NCBI RefSeq assembly: GCF_006345805.1
Contig: NC_043004.1
Coordinates: 95,232,001 to 95,296,000 of the forward strand
Reading direction: 5' to 3'
From: Octopus sinensis
Taxonomy: Eukaryota
DNA length: 64,000 nucleotides
The notes beneath the pieces are model-generated. The model saw only the letters and a list, made by a program, of their open reading frames with translations. It ran no database searches and was not told the DNA's origin. The translations under genes were made by a program, and so were the position numbers. The stretch's first letter is position 1. Each line of letters begins with the position of its first letter. Shown here one piece after another: positions 12,637 through 25,929 of the stretch.

Positions 12637-12960
12637 GGTGCATGGCTCAGTAGTTAGAGCGTAGGGTTTACAATCATGAGGTAGAGAGTTCGAATCCCGG
12701 ACCGGGCTGTGTGTTGTGTTATCGAGCAAGACACTTTATTTCACGTTGCTCCAGAAATGAGTTGCGACGTCACTGGTACCCAGATGTATCGGCCTTTCTC
12801 TGTCCCTTGAATAACATCGGTGGCATGAATAGGAGAGACTGGTATGCATGGGTAACTGCTGGTCTTCCATAAACAACCTTGCCCGCACTTGTGTCTCGGA
12901 GGGGAACTTTCTTGGTGCAAACCCATGGTCATTCATGACCGAAGTGGGGTATTTACCCTT
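12637..12960 (+). mobile_element. tRNA-derived SINE family D
   Basis: A box GGCTCAGTAGTTAGAGC, B box GAGTTCGAATCCC, then GAGCAAGACACTTTATTTCACGTTGCTCCAG. Tail hairpin GGTCA-TTCA-TGACC. Confidence 0.75.
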
Positions 12961-13256
12961 TATACAAGTGGCTATGAATTTGAGACTGGGTGTACATAGA
13001 TATACGTGTAGTGTAGACGCATCTATGATTTTGTGTTGCATTGTAAACATGCAAGTATCTATGGATGCTGCGATGAGTACATATGGTTAAAAAGATGCAC
13101 ACTGTCTGGGATGGCAGCTGGGAAAGGTCTTCAGTGTCCTGTGTCAAGGAGCGGTGATGAGTTCGGACATTTTGCCACTTAGTTGTTCTCAACGAACAAT
13201 GTATATAGCTTTTCCCTGCATACATTTTTATACATGTATATGAATATGCTCTCCCG

Positions 13257-13299
<43 letters not shown>

Positions 13300-13661
13300 T
13301 ATATATACATATATATATACTACACACACACACATATATATATATATCATATATGTTATATATATATACATATATATACATATATATGTATATATATATA
13401 TATATACATATATATGTATGAGAGAGCATATTCATATATTTGTATAAAAAGAAAAAAGTATATGTATGTTTGTATGTGTGTATGTATTTATATATTTATA
13501 TATGCATATACAGAGAGTGAGATAAATACAAATAGGCATACACATGTATACATATAAATAAATGTGTATACGAACACAAAAATACATAATTATATCATAC
13601 ACACACACACACGTATATATATATATATATATACTCACACACGTACAAATTCGCATATATT

Positions 13662-13716
<55 letters not shown>

Positions 13717-13839
13717 GTGTATGCGTGTGTGTGTATGTGTAAATACATATAAGTATATATGCATATGTGTGTATGTAAATCTATATTCGTGAATTTATTT
13801 GCAAATATATGCATATATATGTATGTATATGTGTGTGTG

Positions 13840-13903
<64 letters not shown>

Positions 13904-14654
13904 CATACATACATTTATATATATATATGTCTTTATTTATTTATTCGTTTCACAACTGTCACTACTTATTCATGTGTCGCTGTTTATAAAGTGAATTTAT
14001 CAGAATAATACACACACAAAGTCATGCGCAGCAAGCGCATATACATATATTTTCTTGTGTGTGTGTGTAAAACACTAAAGCCTCGCACACATGGAGACAG
14101 ATAAAGACAGAGGCGCCCTCGTGTACTTAAAGACAAATACACACCCTTCCCGTCTTCTTCTTCTTCTTCATACGCACAAACACATGCACAAACGCACATG
14201 CACACACACACACACACACACACACAACACACACACACGCACGCGTGTATGATAGACACCCATGCCCACCCTTACAGGCACACTCATTGAAACACACACA
14301 CGCGTATCCTTGTCCTCATACACAACACACGCCAACGTATCAATATTTGAAATGACTCACTGTTTCTGATTATGCCATCATGAAGATTTAATGTAGCTGT
14401 TATGATAAAATTCCACCGGATGCCGATGTTAAAATCTAATGCATTTCAGGTACATTTAAAAAGGTATAAGAATATAAGATATAAGGAAATAAAGATGAAT
14501 GTATAAGGAAATAAGTATGCAGCGAAAGCTAGAAAAATAAAATGCTATGACAATTTAAAGAAAAGGATGATAATTTGTGTTGGACATAGAGGAAGAAAAC
14601 TGAACTACATTGAAGATAGATACCAAATAAAACAGGAATAAATACATACACAAC

Positions 14655-14753
14655 TATGATGATAATAATAATAATAATGATAATGATTATAATGATAATA
14701 ATAATAATAATAATAATGATGATGATGATGATAATAATAATAATAATAATAAT

Positions 14754-14794
<41 letters not shown>

Positions 14795-14845
14795 GAGTAA
14801 CAGAAGCAGTAATAAAATAACAACAACAAAAGCAACAACATAACC

Positions 14846-14885
<40 letters not shown>

Positions 14886-14905
14886 TTATAATAGTAATTA
14901 TTATT
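14655..14905. repeat. Compound (TAA)/(GAT)/(CAA) microsatellite
   Basis: Directly visible trinucleotide arrays. Confidence 0.95.
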
Positions 14906-15099
14906 GCCACCAGGGCACATTTATTCGTACAGTAAAAATGTGTACAAAGGTTTAACAAAATACGTTGGTTATACGTCACAAAGTTATATAAAAATGGAGG
15001 AAGTTGCATAGATATTGCACAATATATTGTGACATCCTAAAAATTTAAGAATTTTACAGCATATCTATATATGTATCTACAGTAAAGATATCAGTAAAT

Positions 15100-15486
15100 G
15101 GTATGGAAGCACTCCGTCGGTTACGACGATGAGGGTTCCGGTTGATCCGAATCAACGGAACAGCCTGCTCGTGAAATTAACGTGTAAGTGGCTGAGCACT
15201 CCACAGACACGTGCACCCTTAACGTAGTTCTCGGGGATATTCAGCGTGACACAGAGAGTGACAAGGCCGGACCCTTGAAATACAGGTACAACAGAAACAG
15301 GAAGTAAGAGTGAGAGAAAGTTGTGGTGAAAGAGTACAGCAGGGATCACCACCATCCCCTGGGGAGCATCGTGGCGCTTTTAGGTGTTTTCGCTCAATAA
15401 ACACTCACAACGCCCGGTCTGGGAATCGAAACCGCGATCCTATGACCGCGAGTCCGCAGCCCTAACCACTGGGCCATTGCGCCTCC
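15100..15486 (-). mobile_element. tRNA-derived SINE family C, full length, 11-bp TSD
   Basis: Head GGAGGCGCAATGGCCCAGTGGTTAGG...GGTTTCGATTCCC on minus. TSD TATCAGTAAAT at 15089-15099 and 15487-15497. Confidence 0.9.
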
Positions 15487-15908
15487 TATCAGTAAATATA
15501 GAATATAATTTAAGGAAACCGGTAAAAAAGAACATGAAGCATAATTCATGTCTGTGAGAAGCTAGTTTGGGTCAGAACGTCATTTGACTCACTTCTTGTT
15601 TTACAACCAGCCGCACCCAGATTCAGTTCTGAGTATTTTCTGTGTCGGTTGGGTTTAAAAGTTTTCAACGTACTCCTTGAAACGTTTGTTTTGCCGTCGG
15701 GTGCTGAATAACATTGTATCGTTTGAATGACTACTAATATGCGTCCCTGAGAAATTCTAGAAACGTTTCAATATGGATTCAGTAACTTTTAATGTTCTAA
15801 ACTACCTGTAAGAAACTGATTGGAAAATCTGTTATAAAACAAAGATGAAACTCGAACACAGTCTTTAATGAAACACGTTTGTGTGTGTGTATATATATTT
15901 ATCATTTA

Positions 15909-16335
15909 TCTTTTCTTCTACTTGCTTCATTCATTAGATTGTAGCCATGCTGGGGCACCACCTTCAAGAACTTGTAGTCGAAATAATCGACTCCAGGACT
16001 TTCTCTAAGGCTAGTAGATATTCCATCGTTTTCTTATGCCGAACCGCTAAGTTACAGAGTCGTAAACACACCAACATTGATTGTCGAGCGGTTGGACGGG
16101 GGCAAGCACAGACACAAAGACACACACACACACACGCACGCAATCATGTACATACACGCACAAGCACACACACACATATATATAAGATGGTCTTCTTTTG
16201 GTTTTCGTCTACCAAATCCACGTGCAAGTCTTTGGTCGGCCCGAGACTATAGCACAAGACACTTGCTCTAGGTGTCACGCAGTGGGACTGAACCTGGAAC
16301 CATGCGGTTGGGAAGTAAGCTTCTTACCCCACCAT
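15909..16335 (-). mobile_element. SINE family B copy
   Basis: Reverse complement of family B with an internal (CA)n array. Confidence 0.75.
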
Positions 16336-16439
16336 AAATCACAACAGGGCACCCCGCAACAACAAGGAACAACTACATAACAGCTACCGTCTCAATCACC
16401 TCAATCCTTTTTTTAGACCCAATACGCAAACACAGAGAT

Positions 16440-16620
16440 AAGGGATAGCACTAGACAGGAGGAACCAAAAGTGATAAAAATCAATCTAACTCACAAAGAA
16501 CTAACAGCAAACCAAATCAACATACTACTCTAAGTTGAAAAGGTCGCAAAGGCTGAAACCGGTACTAAAATGTTCTTCATGATAAGATCATTTTAGCATT
16601 TTCTCTCTTGCTTTATTTTC
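16440..16620 (+). mobile_element. Penelope-like pLTR remnant with degenerate hammerhead
   Basis: Frame KVIKINLTHKELTANQINILL resembles the PLE pre-RT motif. It is followed by TTGAAAA-GGTC-GCAAA-GGCT-GAAAC-CG-GTA. Confidence 0.45.
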
Positions 16621-16622
16621 CT

Positions 16623-16655
<33 letters not shown>

Positions 16656-17152
16656 ATGTGTACTTACATATAAGAGAACAAAGTGTACCTACGCCGCTAA
16701 ATATATAAAACTCAAAATGGGACAAGAACGCAAAACATCCGGACAACTAGGTGATACAAAAAGGGAAAACAAAACATCCAGATAGACGATACCAAGAAAA
16801 CAAAGAAGGGTCATTCGAAGTTTTCTATCTTCAATCAAGAACCAGATTATCCTCGTAATTTCGGCTGATTATTCTTGAGTGACTAAAATAGTGACAAAAA
16901 GTGACTAAAATAGAATTAAGGATGAATACGCACATAATTGTACAGGATGAAAAAAAATGAATAATTATACTAATAACGTAATATAAACGAAATGTCAGAT
17001 GTTTTAGTGCGTAAATTTTGGCCCGTGCTCCGTGTGTGTATGTGTGTGCGCGCGTGGTGCGTGTGTGTATGTGTGTGCTGACACGTATTAGCTTTAATTT
17101 TAGTTCATTATATATGCATACGTTCATATATACTTATACACATCACACACAC

Positions 17153-17190
<38 letters not shown>

Positions 17191-18205
17191 CATACATATG
17201 TGTGTGTGAGTGCGTGTATTTGTGTGTGTGTGTGTGTATCAAAATTATAAAAATCGTACTCCCACCTTAGTCAATAGCAAACTACAAACATGTAAACGCG
17301 AGAACAGTCTACTAATAACCAAAGCGATTTATAAAAATGTCTGCACTTATAACACAGACCGATACACTATGCCCCACAACACAAAACAATGCTAAATAGG
17401 AAAACTTTTGTAGACAACACATTCATATTACGTAGAACTTTTGTAAACCGCTATAACAAACTCTTAGATAACATATACACGTAACTAACAAAGCAACGCG
17501 TAACTGATGATGTATAAATCTAGATAGAAATTTCGGCTGTAATGTTTAAGCAAATAGCATTCGCCGTCTACAAAAGAGGCAATTACACTACACTCCACGT
17601 CATCTAAAGATGAAGCCATTATTATCTAGATATGTTATTGTTCCCAAAGATCTGCAAGGAACTGATACGATGATATGAAAATAATGAAAAATTAAAACTA
17701 GAACATCGCTGTGTTTTCAAAATCTGAAAGTAAAGCGCCTCGCCATTTACGTGTATTAACGTGAGTGTGCGTGTGTGTATGTGTGTGTGTGTGTGTGTGC
17801 GTGTGTGTATCTGTGTCTGTGTCTGTGTGGAAAATCCACACAAAGTACTTTTGCTGAGTGTTGAATATACATGTATGGTCTGGGAATATTCGTTGAAAAC
17901 AGAATTCGTTGAGCTGTGTTGGACAGTGAAAATAGAAATATTTTGAACTCTCTTCGTAGAACTTCAGTCTCGGTTATACATTTATCGTCATATAAAAGTC
18001 AAGCAGCCTGAAAATAAACTGAAATTATCTTTGATTTAAAGGTTAATTTTCTTTTATCATTTGAATTCGACAGTAATTACAATAAATATTTCTTTGAATG
18101 TACTTTTTCTGCAAATACGAATAAGTTGTCTTTCGACCATTTTACTTCCAACTAGCCGTACTTGTTTTCGATTATTGTATCGCATGTAATATATATGTAT
18201 TTGAA

Positions 18206-18602
18206 GGCGATAAGCTGGCCGAAACGTTAGCACGCCGGGCGAAATGTTTAGCCGTATTTCGTCTGTCTTTACGTTCTGAGTTCACATTCCGCTGAAGTCG
18301 ACTTTGCCTTTCATCCTTTCGGGGTCGATAAATTAAGTACCAGTTACGAACTGGGGTCGATGTAATCGACTTAATACCTATGTCTGTCCTTGTTTATTCC
18401 CTCTGTGTTTAGCCCCTTGTGGGTAATAAAGAAATAGGTATTTCGTCTGTCCTTACGTTCTGAGTTCACATTCCGCTGAAGACGACTTTGCCTTTCATCC
18501 TTTCGGGGTCGATAAATTAAGTACCAGATGCGTACTGGGGTCGATCTAATCGATTGATCCCCTCCACAAAAATTTCGGGCCGTGTGCCTACAATAGAAAG
18601 AA
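18206..18602 (+). mobile_element. Dimeric SINE family A
   Basis: Full monomer joined at AAGAAATA-GGTAT-TTCGTC (18437) to a headless second unit. Imperfect flanking duplication ATATA(T/C)GTATTTGA. Confidence 0.85.
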
Positions 18603-19014
18603 TATATACGTATTTGAGTCTGTGAGAAAAGAAGAGAGAAATAAAGGGAGGGGAGTACGTAGAGGCCAAATGTATGAAGTCAGACACGGAGTTTCACGAT
18701 GACAAACGAGGTTCATAACGATGTTGGTCCATTCATGTGTTATACAACAAGAACTATTCTATACGTTGATGTTAATGGCGAGAAAAAGGGACATCATTGT
18801 GATGTGTGCAAAGACGCGCTGTCTCATATAAACGCAGCCGAAAAGCTCACATGCAAAATTCAGGTAAAATTCATAGTTTATATGTTTATAGTTTATGTTT
18901 ACAATTACGCAAGTTTATGCACGCGCGCAGACAGACACGAATACACGCTCGCGCGCTGCATACATGCACACGCACGAACAAATACACAAATGCTTATATA
19001 TTATATTCACACAA

Positions 19015-19243
19015 GGCGGCGAGCTGGCAGAAACGTTAGCACGCCGGGCGAAATGCTTAGCGGTATTTCGTCTGCGTTACGTTGTGAGTTCAAATTCCGC
19101 CGAGGTCGACTTTGCCTTTCATCCTTTCGGGGTCGATAAATTAAGTACCAGTTACGCACTGGGGTCGATATAATCGACTTAATACCTATGTATGTCCTTG
19201 TTTGTCCCCTCTATGTTTAGCCCCTTGTGGGCAATAAAAAAAA
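19015..19243 (+). mobile_element. SINE family A, full length
   Basis: Consensus match; repeat ATATTCACACAA at 19003-19014 and 19259-19270 is a probable TSD. Confidence 0.9.
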
Positions 19244-19397
19244 TTTTTTTTAATATATATATTCACACAACGACACTCACACAGACACTTTTATGTTGTA
19301 TATATACTGTGCATAATAATGAATGATTCTATGAACATAGGCATCTGTGTGTGTGCAAAAGAGAAATTGTAAGTATAATAAGCAATGTTTTTTTTTA

Positions 19398-19693
19398 ATT
19401 TATGCGCCCTTTTAAAGCCTAGCCAGGTTCATGGGCCCGGTTTCTTGGTTTCTATGGCGTATGTGTTCCCTTTCGCTGGACGAGACGCCAGTCCATCGCA
19501 GCGTTACTCAAAAAACGGGAAGAAAGAGTGAGAGAAAGAGTACAACAGGGCTCACCACCACCCCTACCAGAGCCCCGTGGAGCTTTAAGTGTTTTCGCTC
19601 AATAAACACACACACAACGCCCAGTCTGGGAATCGAAACCGAGATCCTCCGACTGCGAGTCCGCTGCCCTAACCACTGAGCCATTGCGCCACC
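19398..19693 (-). mobile_element. SINE with family C head and a different (V-domain-like) body and tail
   Basis: Head nearly identical to that of 15100-15486. The body contains CTGCGATGGACTGGCGTCTCGTCCAG and a tail unrelated to family C. Confidence 0.8.
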
Positions 19694-20261
19694 ACAATAA
19701 GCAATGTACTCGTGTACATTTATTTTTTAAATGTGAATGTGAGCTTTCCATCCATATAATAAGATACAGGCAGATCGCAATAATGTCTCTTTTACTACCC
19801 ATTAATGTCAATTAACAGTCTCGTTCTGTTTGAATAAAGCTTATTGGTAACGCCGTCTTTACATATGTCGCTGTGAGTCACAACCATTGAACATCATCTC
19901 GCACAAAATCCTTCTATGAACAGTTAGCCGTATGTACTTCTTTCTATATAATTTACATGTAACTGCGTATTAATTCATACAATAAAATGCAAGCTAAGTT
20001 ATTACAGTATATGGAAGAACAAATAAAACAAGCGTTAGACAAAAACGAAAATTGCTGTTTCAAAGTTAAGCCCGTAGTCAACAATATTGAGTAGAATGGT
20101 TCGTCGATTAAATTGATATTTGAATAGCCTCAAACATAATTTTATCAAACCTAAAATAATCAAAAGACAAAGTCCATAAGAGTAAAATTTGAACTCAGAA
20201 AGTAAAAATCCGGAAGATACATCATTTTCTCCAACAATACCGCTAATGCTACACAATAATA

Positions 20262-20752
20262 ATTCGGCGGGATTCTGTCAAGCTCGGCATAACTTTTTTT
20301 TTTTTTTTTGACTTTTCAGAAAAAATTTTTAGCGAATATGTGTTCTACACACGGGAAATTATACGGCTATGCAACATAACAAAAAAAAAAAAAAATCGTG
20401 TGATTTTAGGAGTATTTAGCTGTTATTTTTAGCCCATCTGACGACCAGATATTACCGTCCTCGTTTGTTTGTCACTCTGGTGTATTGATGTTATTTTCAA
20501 TATCTTTCTCCCTATAAAAAAAAAAATAACATTTAATGATCTATTGCTGGGATTTAGCCAAAAATTCGAACTGTCCGACTGTGGTTTAAAAAGAAAGAGC
20601 TCGAAAATAGCTTTTTTTTTATTTTCAAAAATTTTGAAAATTAAAAAAAATTGTTTGAATAGTCGTATGAATTTTCTGAAAATTCTAAAGAATAAAAAAA
20701 AGAGTTATGATGGGTTATATGGCGTGCACAAAGCAGAATTCTGCCAATAATT
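20262..20752. mobile_element. Degenerate MITE / non-autonomous DNA transposon
   Basis: Imperfect ~70-bp inverted ends: GGCGGGATTCTG...CATAAC-Tn-TTTTCAGAAAA versus TTTTCTGAAAA-An-GTTATG...CAGAATTCTGCC. Confidence 0.45.
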
Positions 20753-21189
20753 CTTTCTAATTTTGGCACAAAGCCAGCAATTTTCAGGCAAGAGGAAGTC
20801 GATTACATCGACCCCAATCATTGACTGGTGTTTAAGTAATCGGTGCTGTAAGACCGAAAGGAAAAGCTGACTTTGGTAGCGTTCGGACTCAGACCGTAAA
20901 GGCCTGGAAAAACGTCGTTAAATATTTCGTCCATCATGCTAATGAGTCAGCCATTTCGCTTCCTTTAATAATAAAAATAAATCATTTCTACTATAGGTAC
21001 AAGACCAGGATTTTCTGTGAGGAAGGGGACAATCGATCACATTGATCCTAGTATTTGACTGGTACTTAATTTATCGACCCCGAAAGGATGAAAGGCAAAG
21101 CTTATCTCGGCGGAATTTGAACTCAGAACGGAGCGAAAGACGAAATTCTGTTAAGCTTTTCGCCCGGCATGCCGCATTCCTAATAATAA

Positions 21190-21556
21190 TAGTGGTTTCA
21201 AATTTTGCCACAAGGACAGCAATTTTGGGGGAGGGGATAAGTCGATTACATCGACCCCAGTGTGCAACTGGTACTTATTTTATCGACCTCAAAATGATGA
21301 AAGGTAACTCAGAACGTAACAAAGCGGGAAATACCTATTTCTTTCGACCCACAAGAAGCTAAACACAGAGACGACAAACAAGGATAGACAAACGGATTAA
21401 GTCGATTATATCGACCCCAGTGCGTAAATTTAATCGACCCAGATAGGATGAAAGGCAAAGTTGACCTCGGCGGAATTTGAACTCACAACGTAACGACAGA
21501 CGAAATACCGCTAAGCATTTCGTCCAGCGTGCTAACGGTTCTGCAAGCTCACCACC

Positions 21557-21557
<1 letters not shown>
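21190..21557 (-). mobile_element. Dimeric SINE family A
   Basis: Same AAGAAATAGGTATTTC junction on minus at 21328-21341. Confidence 0.8.
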
Positions 21558-21608
<51 letters not shown>

Positions 21609-21675
21609 TAAAAACAACAACAACAACAACAACAACAATAATAATAACAATAACAACAACAACAACAACAACAAC

Positions 21676-21710
<35 letters not shown>

Positions 21711-21880
21711 CAACAACAACAATAATAATAATAATAATAATAATAGCAACAAGAACAACGACGATAATGATAATGATGATAAGGAGGTGGTGGAAGTGGT
21801 GGTAGTGGTGGTAGTGGTGGTGGGGGTGATGGTGAGAATGGTGATGAGAAGAAACAGGGCGATGATGATGATGATGATTT
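21558..21880. repeat. Compound (TAA)/(CAA)/(GGT)/(GAT) microsatellite
   Basis: Directly visible. Confidence 0.95.
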
Positions 21881-22229
21881 TTCTTAAGTATGATAGTGAA
21901 TATGAGACAAAGACGATGCATTTCCTCGTTTGATACAGTCTCCCTTGAAAAGCTGAAATAGCAAGAGGTAGGAATTTCCTCATCATGAAATGAATGCTCC
22001 TCTCACTGACATAATCAATAAAGCACGCCGAGCTTCGCCATTCAAACTATTTCCTTTCCAGTTGCAGCGATTGATAGCAGAGGGGAGACAGGTAATATTG
22101 TTGATTACACAGGAAGGTAACCGTTTAAAATGCTTTCCTCTACGCTTTGAGTTGAGTGTGTGTGTGTATGTGTATGTTTACGTATACATGTATGTATATG
22201 TGTGTGTGAGTGTGTGTGTGTCTGTGTGT

Positions 22230-22279
<50 letters not shown>

Positions 22280-22472
22280 TTTGTGTGTGTGTCTTTTATG
22301 TTTTACTTGCTTCTGTCATTTGACTGCGGCCATGAAAGGTTTTAGTCGAACAAATCGACCCCAAGACTTAATTTCTTAAAGCCTGGTATTTATTCTATCA
22401 GTCTCTTTGGCCGAAACTCTTAGTTACGAGGCACAAGCACACCAACACCGATTGTCAAGCGGTTGTTATCAA

Positions 22473-22703
22473 GGCGGCGAGCTGGCAGAATCGTTAGCAC
22501 GTCGGGCGAAATGCTCAGTAGTATTTCGTCTGTCGCTACGTTCTGAGTTCAAATTCCGCCGAGGTCGACTTTGCCTTTCATCCTTTCGAGGTCGATTAAA
22601 TAAGTACCAGTTACGCACTGGGGTCGATATGATCGACTTAATCCGTTTGTCTGTCCTTGTTTGTCCCTTCTGTGTTTAGCCCCTTGTGGGTAGTAAAGAA
22701 ATA
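22473..22703 (+). mobile_element. SINE family A
   Basis: Consensus match; imperfect TSD GGTTG(T/C)TATC. Confidence 0.88.
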
Positions 22704-22774
22704 GGTTGCTATCTCCTCTAAAATATCTGGTTTTGTGTTCTCATAGAAACCGCTGCTACTATGGTCCATATATA

Positions 22775-24066
22775 CGAGGGGCGTTCAATAAGTAATGCCC
22801 GTAACCCACTTCCTATAGCAGTAGAGCAACGAAACTTGGCACAGTTATTAGTCTTTTTCTACATAGGAACCACCCAGAGTTACGCATTTTCCCATCGTTT
22901 GATGCAGATCTGGAGACCGTTTTTGTAGAAGACCCCAGCTTGGTCCTCCAATCACGACGTGACTTCAGAAATCAAGGCTGCATCATCTGGGAAACGCTTT
23001 CCTTTCAAAATCAACTTCATGGCTGGGAAGAGGTGAAAATCAGAGGGTGCAAGGTCAGGAGTGTAGGGGGGATGGGGGAGGAGTTCATAGCCGCACGCCT
23101 GTGCTTCTGATCTGGTGACACACGAGTTGTGGACCGGAGCGTTGTCCTGCAGGAGGAGGATGCCTTTCCTGATCTTGCCCCGCCTCTTGATTTTGGTAGC
23201 TTCTCTTAAATTCCTCAAAAGTGAAGCATAATAGGCTCCTGTAATTGTGGTGCCCCTTGCCAGGAACTCTGTCATCACTACTCCGCCCTGATCCTAGAAG
23301 ACTGTGAGCACGACCTTGCCAGCGGAGGGCTGCACCCTTGCCTTCTTTGGAGGAGGTGAGTCACGTTGCTTCCACTGCAATGACTGGGCTTTGGTCTCTG
23401 GATCATAGTGATGGACCCAGGTTTCATCCTGTGTAATCAGTCTTTTGAAAAATTTGGACTCATCTTCTTGGCACATCTCCAAATTCATCCTCGAGCACTC
23501 GACGCGTTCTTGCTTCTGGAAAGGTGTGAGCAACCTGGGAATCCATCTGGCAGACAACTTTTGGATATGCAAATGGTCATGAATGATAGTTTCCACGGAC
23601 CCGGTACTAATCTTGACCTCATGGGCTATTTGGCGAATAGTTATGCGTCGATCTTCCAAAATAGCAGCCTCAACTTGACGGACAGATGCCTCATCAATGG
23701 CAGAAGGGGGGCGACCAGATCTGGGAGCTGTTTCCACAGAGTTCCGACCATGTTTGAATTCACAATGCCAGCGTTTTACAAGGTCATATGATGGGGCATC
23801 ATCACCATAAGTTATTTTCATTTCATCAAAAGTCTCCCATGGTGTGCGTCCTTTCAAATACAAAAACCGAATCACTGCTCGACACTGAACAGGCTCCATT
23901 TCACACTTGACTGAGTTCAAACACCTGTAAATCAGAAACCACAATTAGTTCAGAGCTGTAATTTGCCACTTAATCTATAGAGATATAGATAATTGCACAT
24001 GCAAAATTTCAGCTAGATCAACCAACTACAAGTGGGTCAGAGGCATTACTTATTGAACGTCCCTCG
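22775..24066 (-). mobile_element. Full-length mariner (DD34D) DNA transposon, 1292 bp
   Basis: TIRs CGAGGG(G/A)CGTTCAATAAGTAATGCC at 22775-22799 and 24042-24066, each flanked by TA. Confidence 0.96.
22848..23899 (-). pseudogene. Mariner transposase with two Trp-to-stop changes and one C-terminal 1-bp deletion
   Basis: WIPRLL, TQDETW, QDNAPVH, YTPDLAPSD with 34 residues between D2 and D3. TAG at 23294-23296 (FWD position), TGA at 22952-22954, one A missing at ~22887-22890 (WEKCV). Confidence 0.93.
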
Positions 24067-25929
24067 TATTATTATTACTACTATGTTTAAAATAAGTACC
24101 AATTGAATACTGGGGTCGATGTAATCAACTTACCCCCTCCCCAAAATTGCTGGCCTTGTGCCAAAATTTGAAACCATTATCTTTTAGGCGGTGAGCTGGC
24201 AGAGTGTTTTCGAACTGGACAAGATTCTTTCTTAGCGGCTTTTCTTCCGACTTGACGTTATGAGTCCACATACCGCCGAGATCGATTTTACCTTTTAACT
24301 TTATGTATCATTTAAGCATTGGGGTCAATGTATTCGACTAACCCCTTGTCTCAAAATTGCTGGCCTTGTGCCAAATTTTGAAGTCACTATTACTTTTATG
24401 TTTGCTGTATTCCTTCTTAGCTTTAAAGTATGCATTCATGTTTGTAAAAACCAATTTAAATCTTGCGTAATACAACATTAACATATTCCTATGTCACCAC
24501 CAAACTTCCTTCCATCCATTCATCCATTCATCCATCCATCTAGCTAACCTTTTTCTACGCTCTTTCAAGATTCAATCCATTGAAACTAAATTATTTACCA
24601 CCCATCCATCAAATGGATACAAAACAAAACACAAACACAAACTAAATAAAATAAGAAAAAAAAATTAAAAGATTTCTTTTGACTTTGATGTATCTTTAAT
24701 CAATGAGAGCCAGGGAGGAAAGGGTGTGACCTAAAACTTATTGTACAATTTTGTTTTTGGTTCAGTTCTAATGCACAAAGATCTGGGTTTTTGATTGAAA
24801 GCATCACAGCTTCAATGAGAATAGTCGAACAGTTTTACTGTTAGGGATGTTATTTATTTTCCTTTTTCCATACAACAAATTTATCAAAGTAGAGATTAAA
24901 TTTAATCATGATGGGGAAAAATTTTCTGATAAAATTTTCCCCTATTTATTTATTGCCGTGTTGGTTGTTGATAATATTGACGATGATATCAATGATGATA
25001 TCTGCTCCTTAAAGGTAGAAAAGTTTTCTATAGGATATAATGAAAAAATGCTGTTACAAACCTCATTGTGGCAAGCGCTAAAGAGTAAAAGTAAGCCTTT
25101 CTGTGAAACAAATAAACTGTTTTTAATCTTAATTAGATCTCTTTTCACCTTATATTTGTAAGTAAGAGAAAAATGTATAGATGTAGCAGTTCCCTATTTC
25201 CTCTTCTAGATACGATTTATGCATCATGTCTATAATACAAAACATTCTCCCTATTGTCCTGATGACCTGATACTTTAAACCAATTTCAATTCCCAGGTTA
25301 AGCAAGTCCTCATCTCTTATAATACTGATGTCTTTAATAGAGGCTGCTCATTGCACCTCATCATTCCCTTTGCTCATAATCATGAAGTGTTGCCACCACC
25401 ACTTAACGTCCACTTTTCTATGCTTCTGTGTGTCGAACGGAATATGTTGAGACATATCTTCTACGGCTAGATACACTATCTGTCGCCAACCCTCAGCTGT
25501 TTACAAGCAAGGAAATATTTTCCATAGCGAAAAATGTTTTCAACAGAAGACTGGAAATAAACAACATCGCTTCTGTGACGTTTACAATCATCACGTGATG
25601 TCAAGGGAAGGTTACACACATACATGCACACATACATACACCACAAATATATACACACATATTCAACAGGCTTCTTTATTTTTTTTCGTCTAGCAAGTCC
25701 ACTCGCAAGACTTTCGTCGGCCTGGTGTTATAGTCGGAAACAGTTACCCGAGGCGGGAGTGAACCCGAGACCACATGGTTAGGAAGCAAGCTTCTCAACC
25801 GCATAAACCACCCATGTGCCTATATATATATATATATATAGTGATTAAATATTACAATTTTATAGGCAGTGTTACATCACAACGGGTTGTATGATGCCAA
25901 CGTTTTGATATCAGCAAAATGGCCTCCCA

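Noticed and set aside
12637-12710. tRNA-like sequences (also 879, 15486, 19693)
   Set aside because: They have A/B boxes but no complete cloverleaf and run into SINE bodies, so they are SINE heads, not tRNA genes.
12953-14259. Many ORFs of IYIY/CVCV/HTHT type (also at 45.9-46.5, 50.5-52.4, 54.3, 57.7 and 63.1-63.7 kb)
   Set aside because: Translations of (TA)n, (TG)n and (TACA)n microsatellites with no other coding evidence.
21529-21986. Poly-N/poly-L/poly-I ORFs (also poly-M/poly-H at 30957-31590 and 57796-58281)
   Set aside because: Trinucleotide arrays that are stop-free in several frames and on both strands.
23408-23791. 127-aa plus-strand ORF and other antisense ORFs over LINEs and mariner
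   Set aside because: Shadow ORFs opposite real TE coding sequence.
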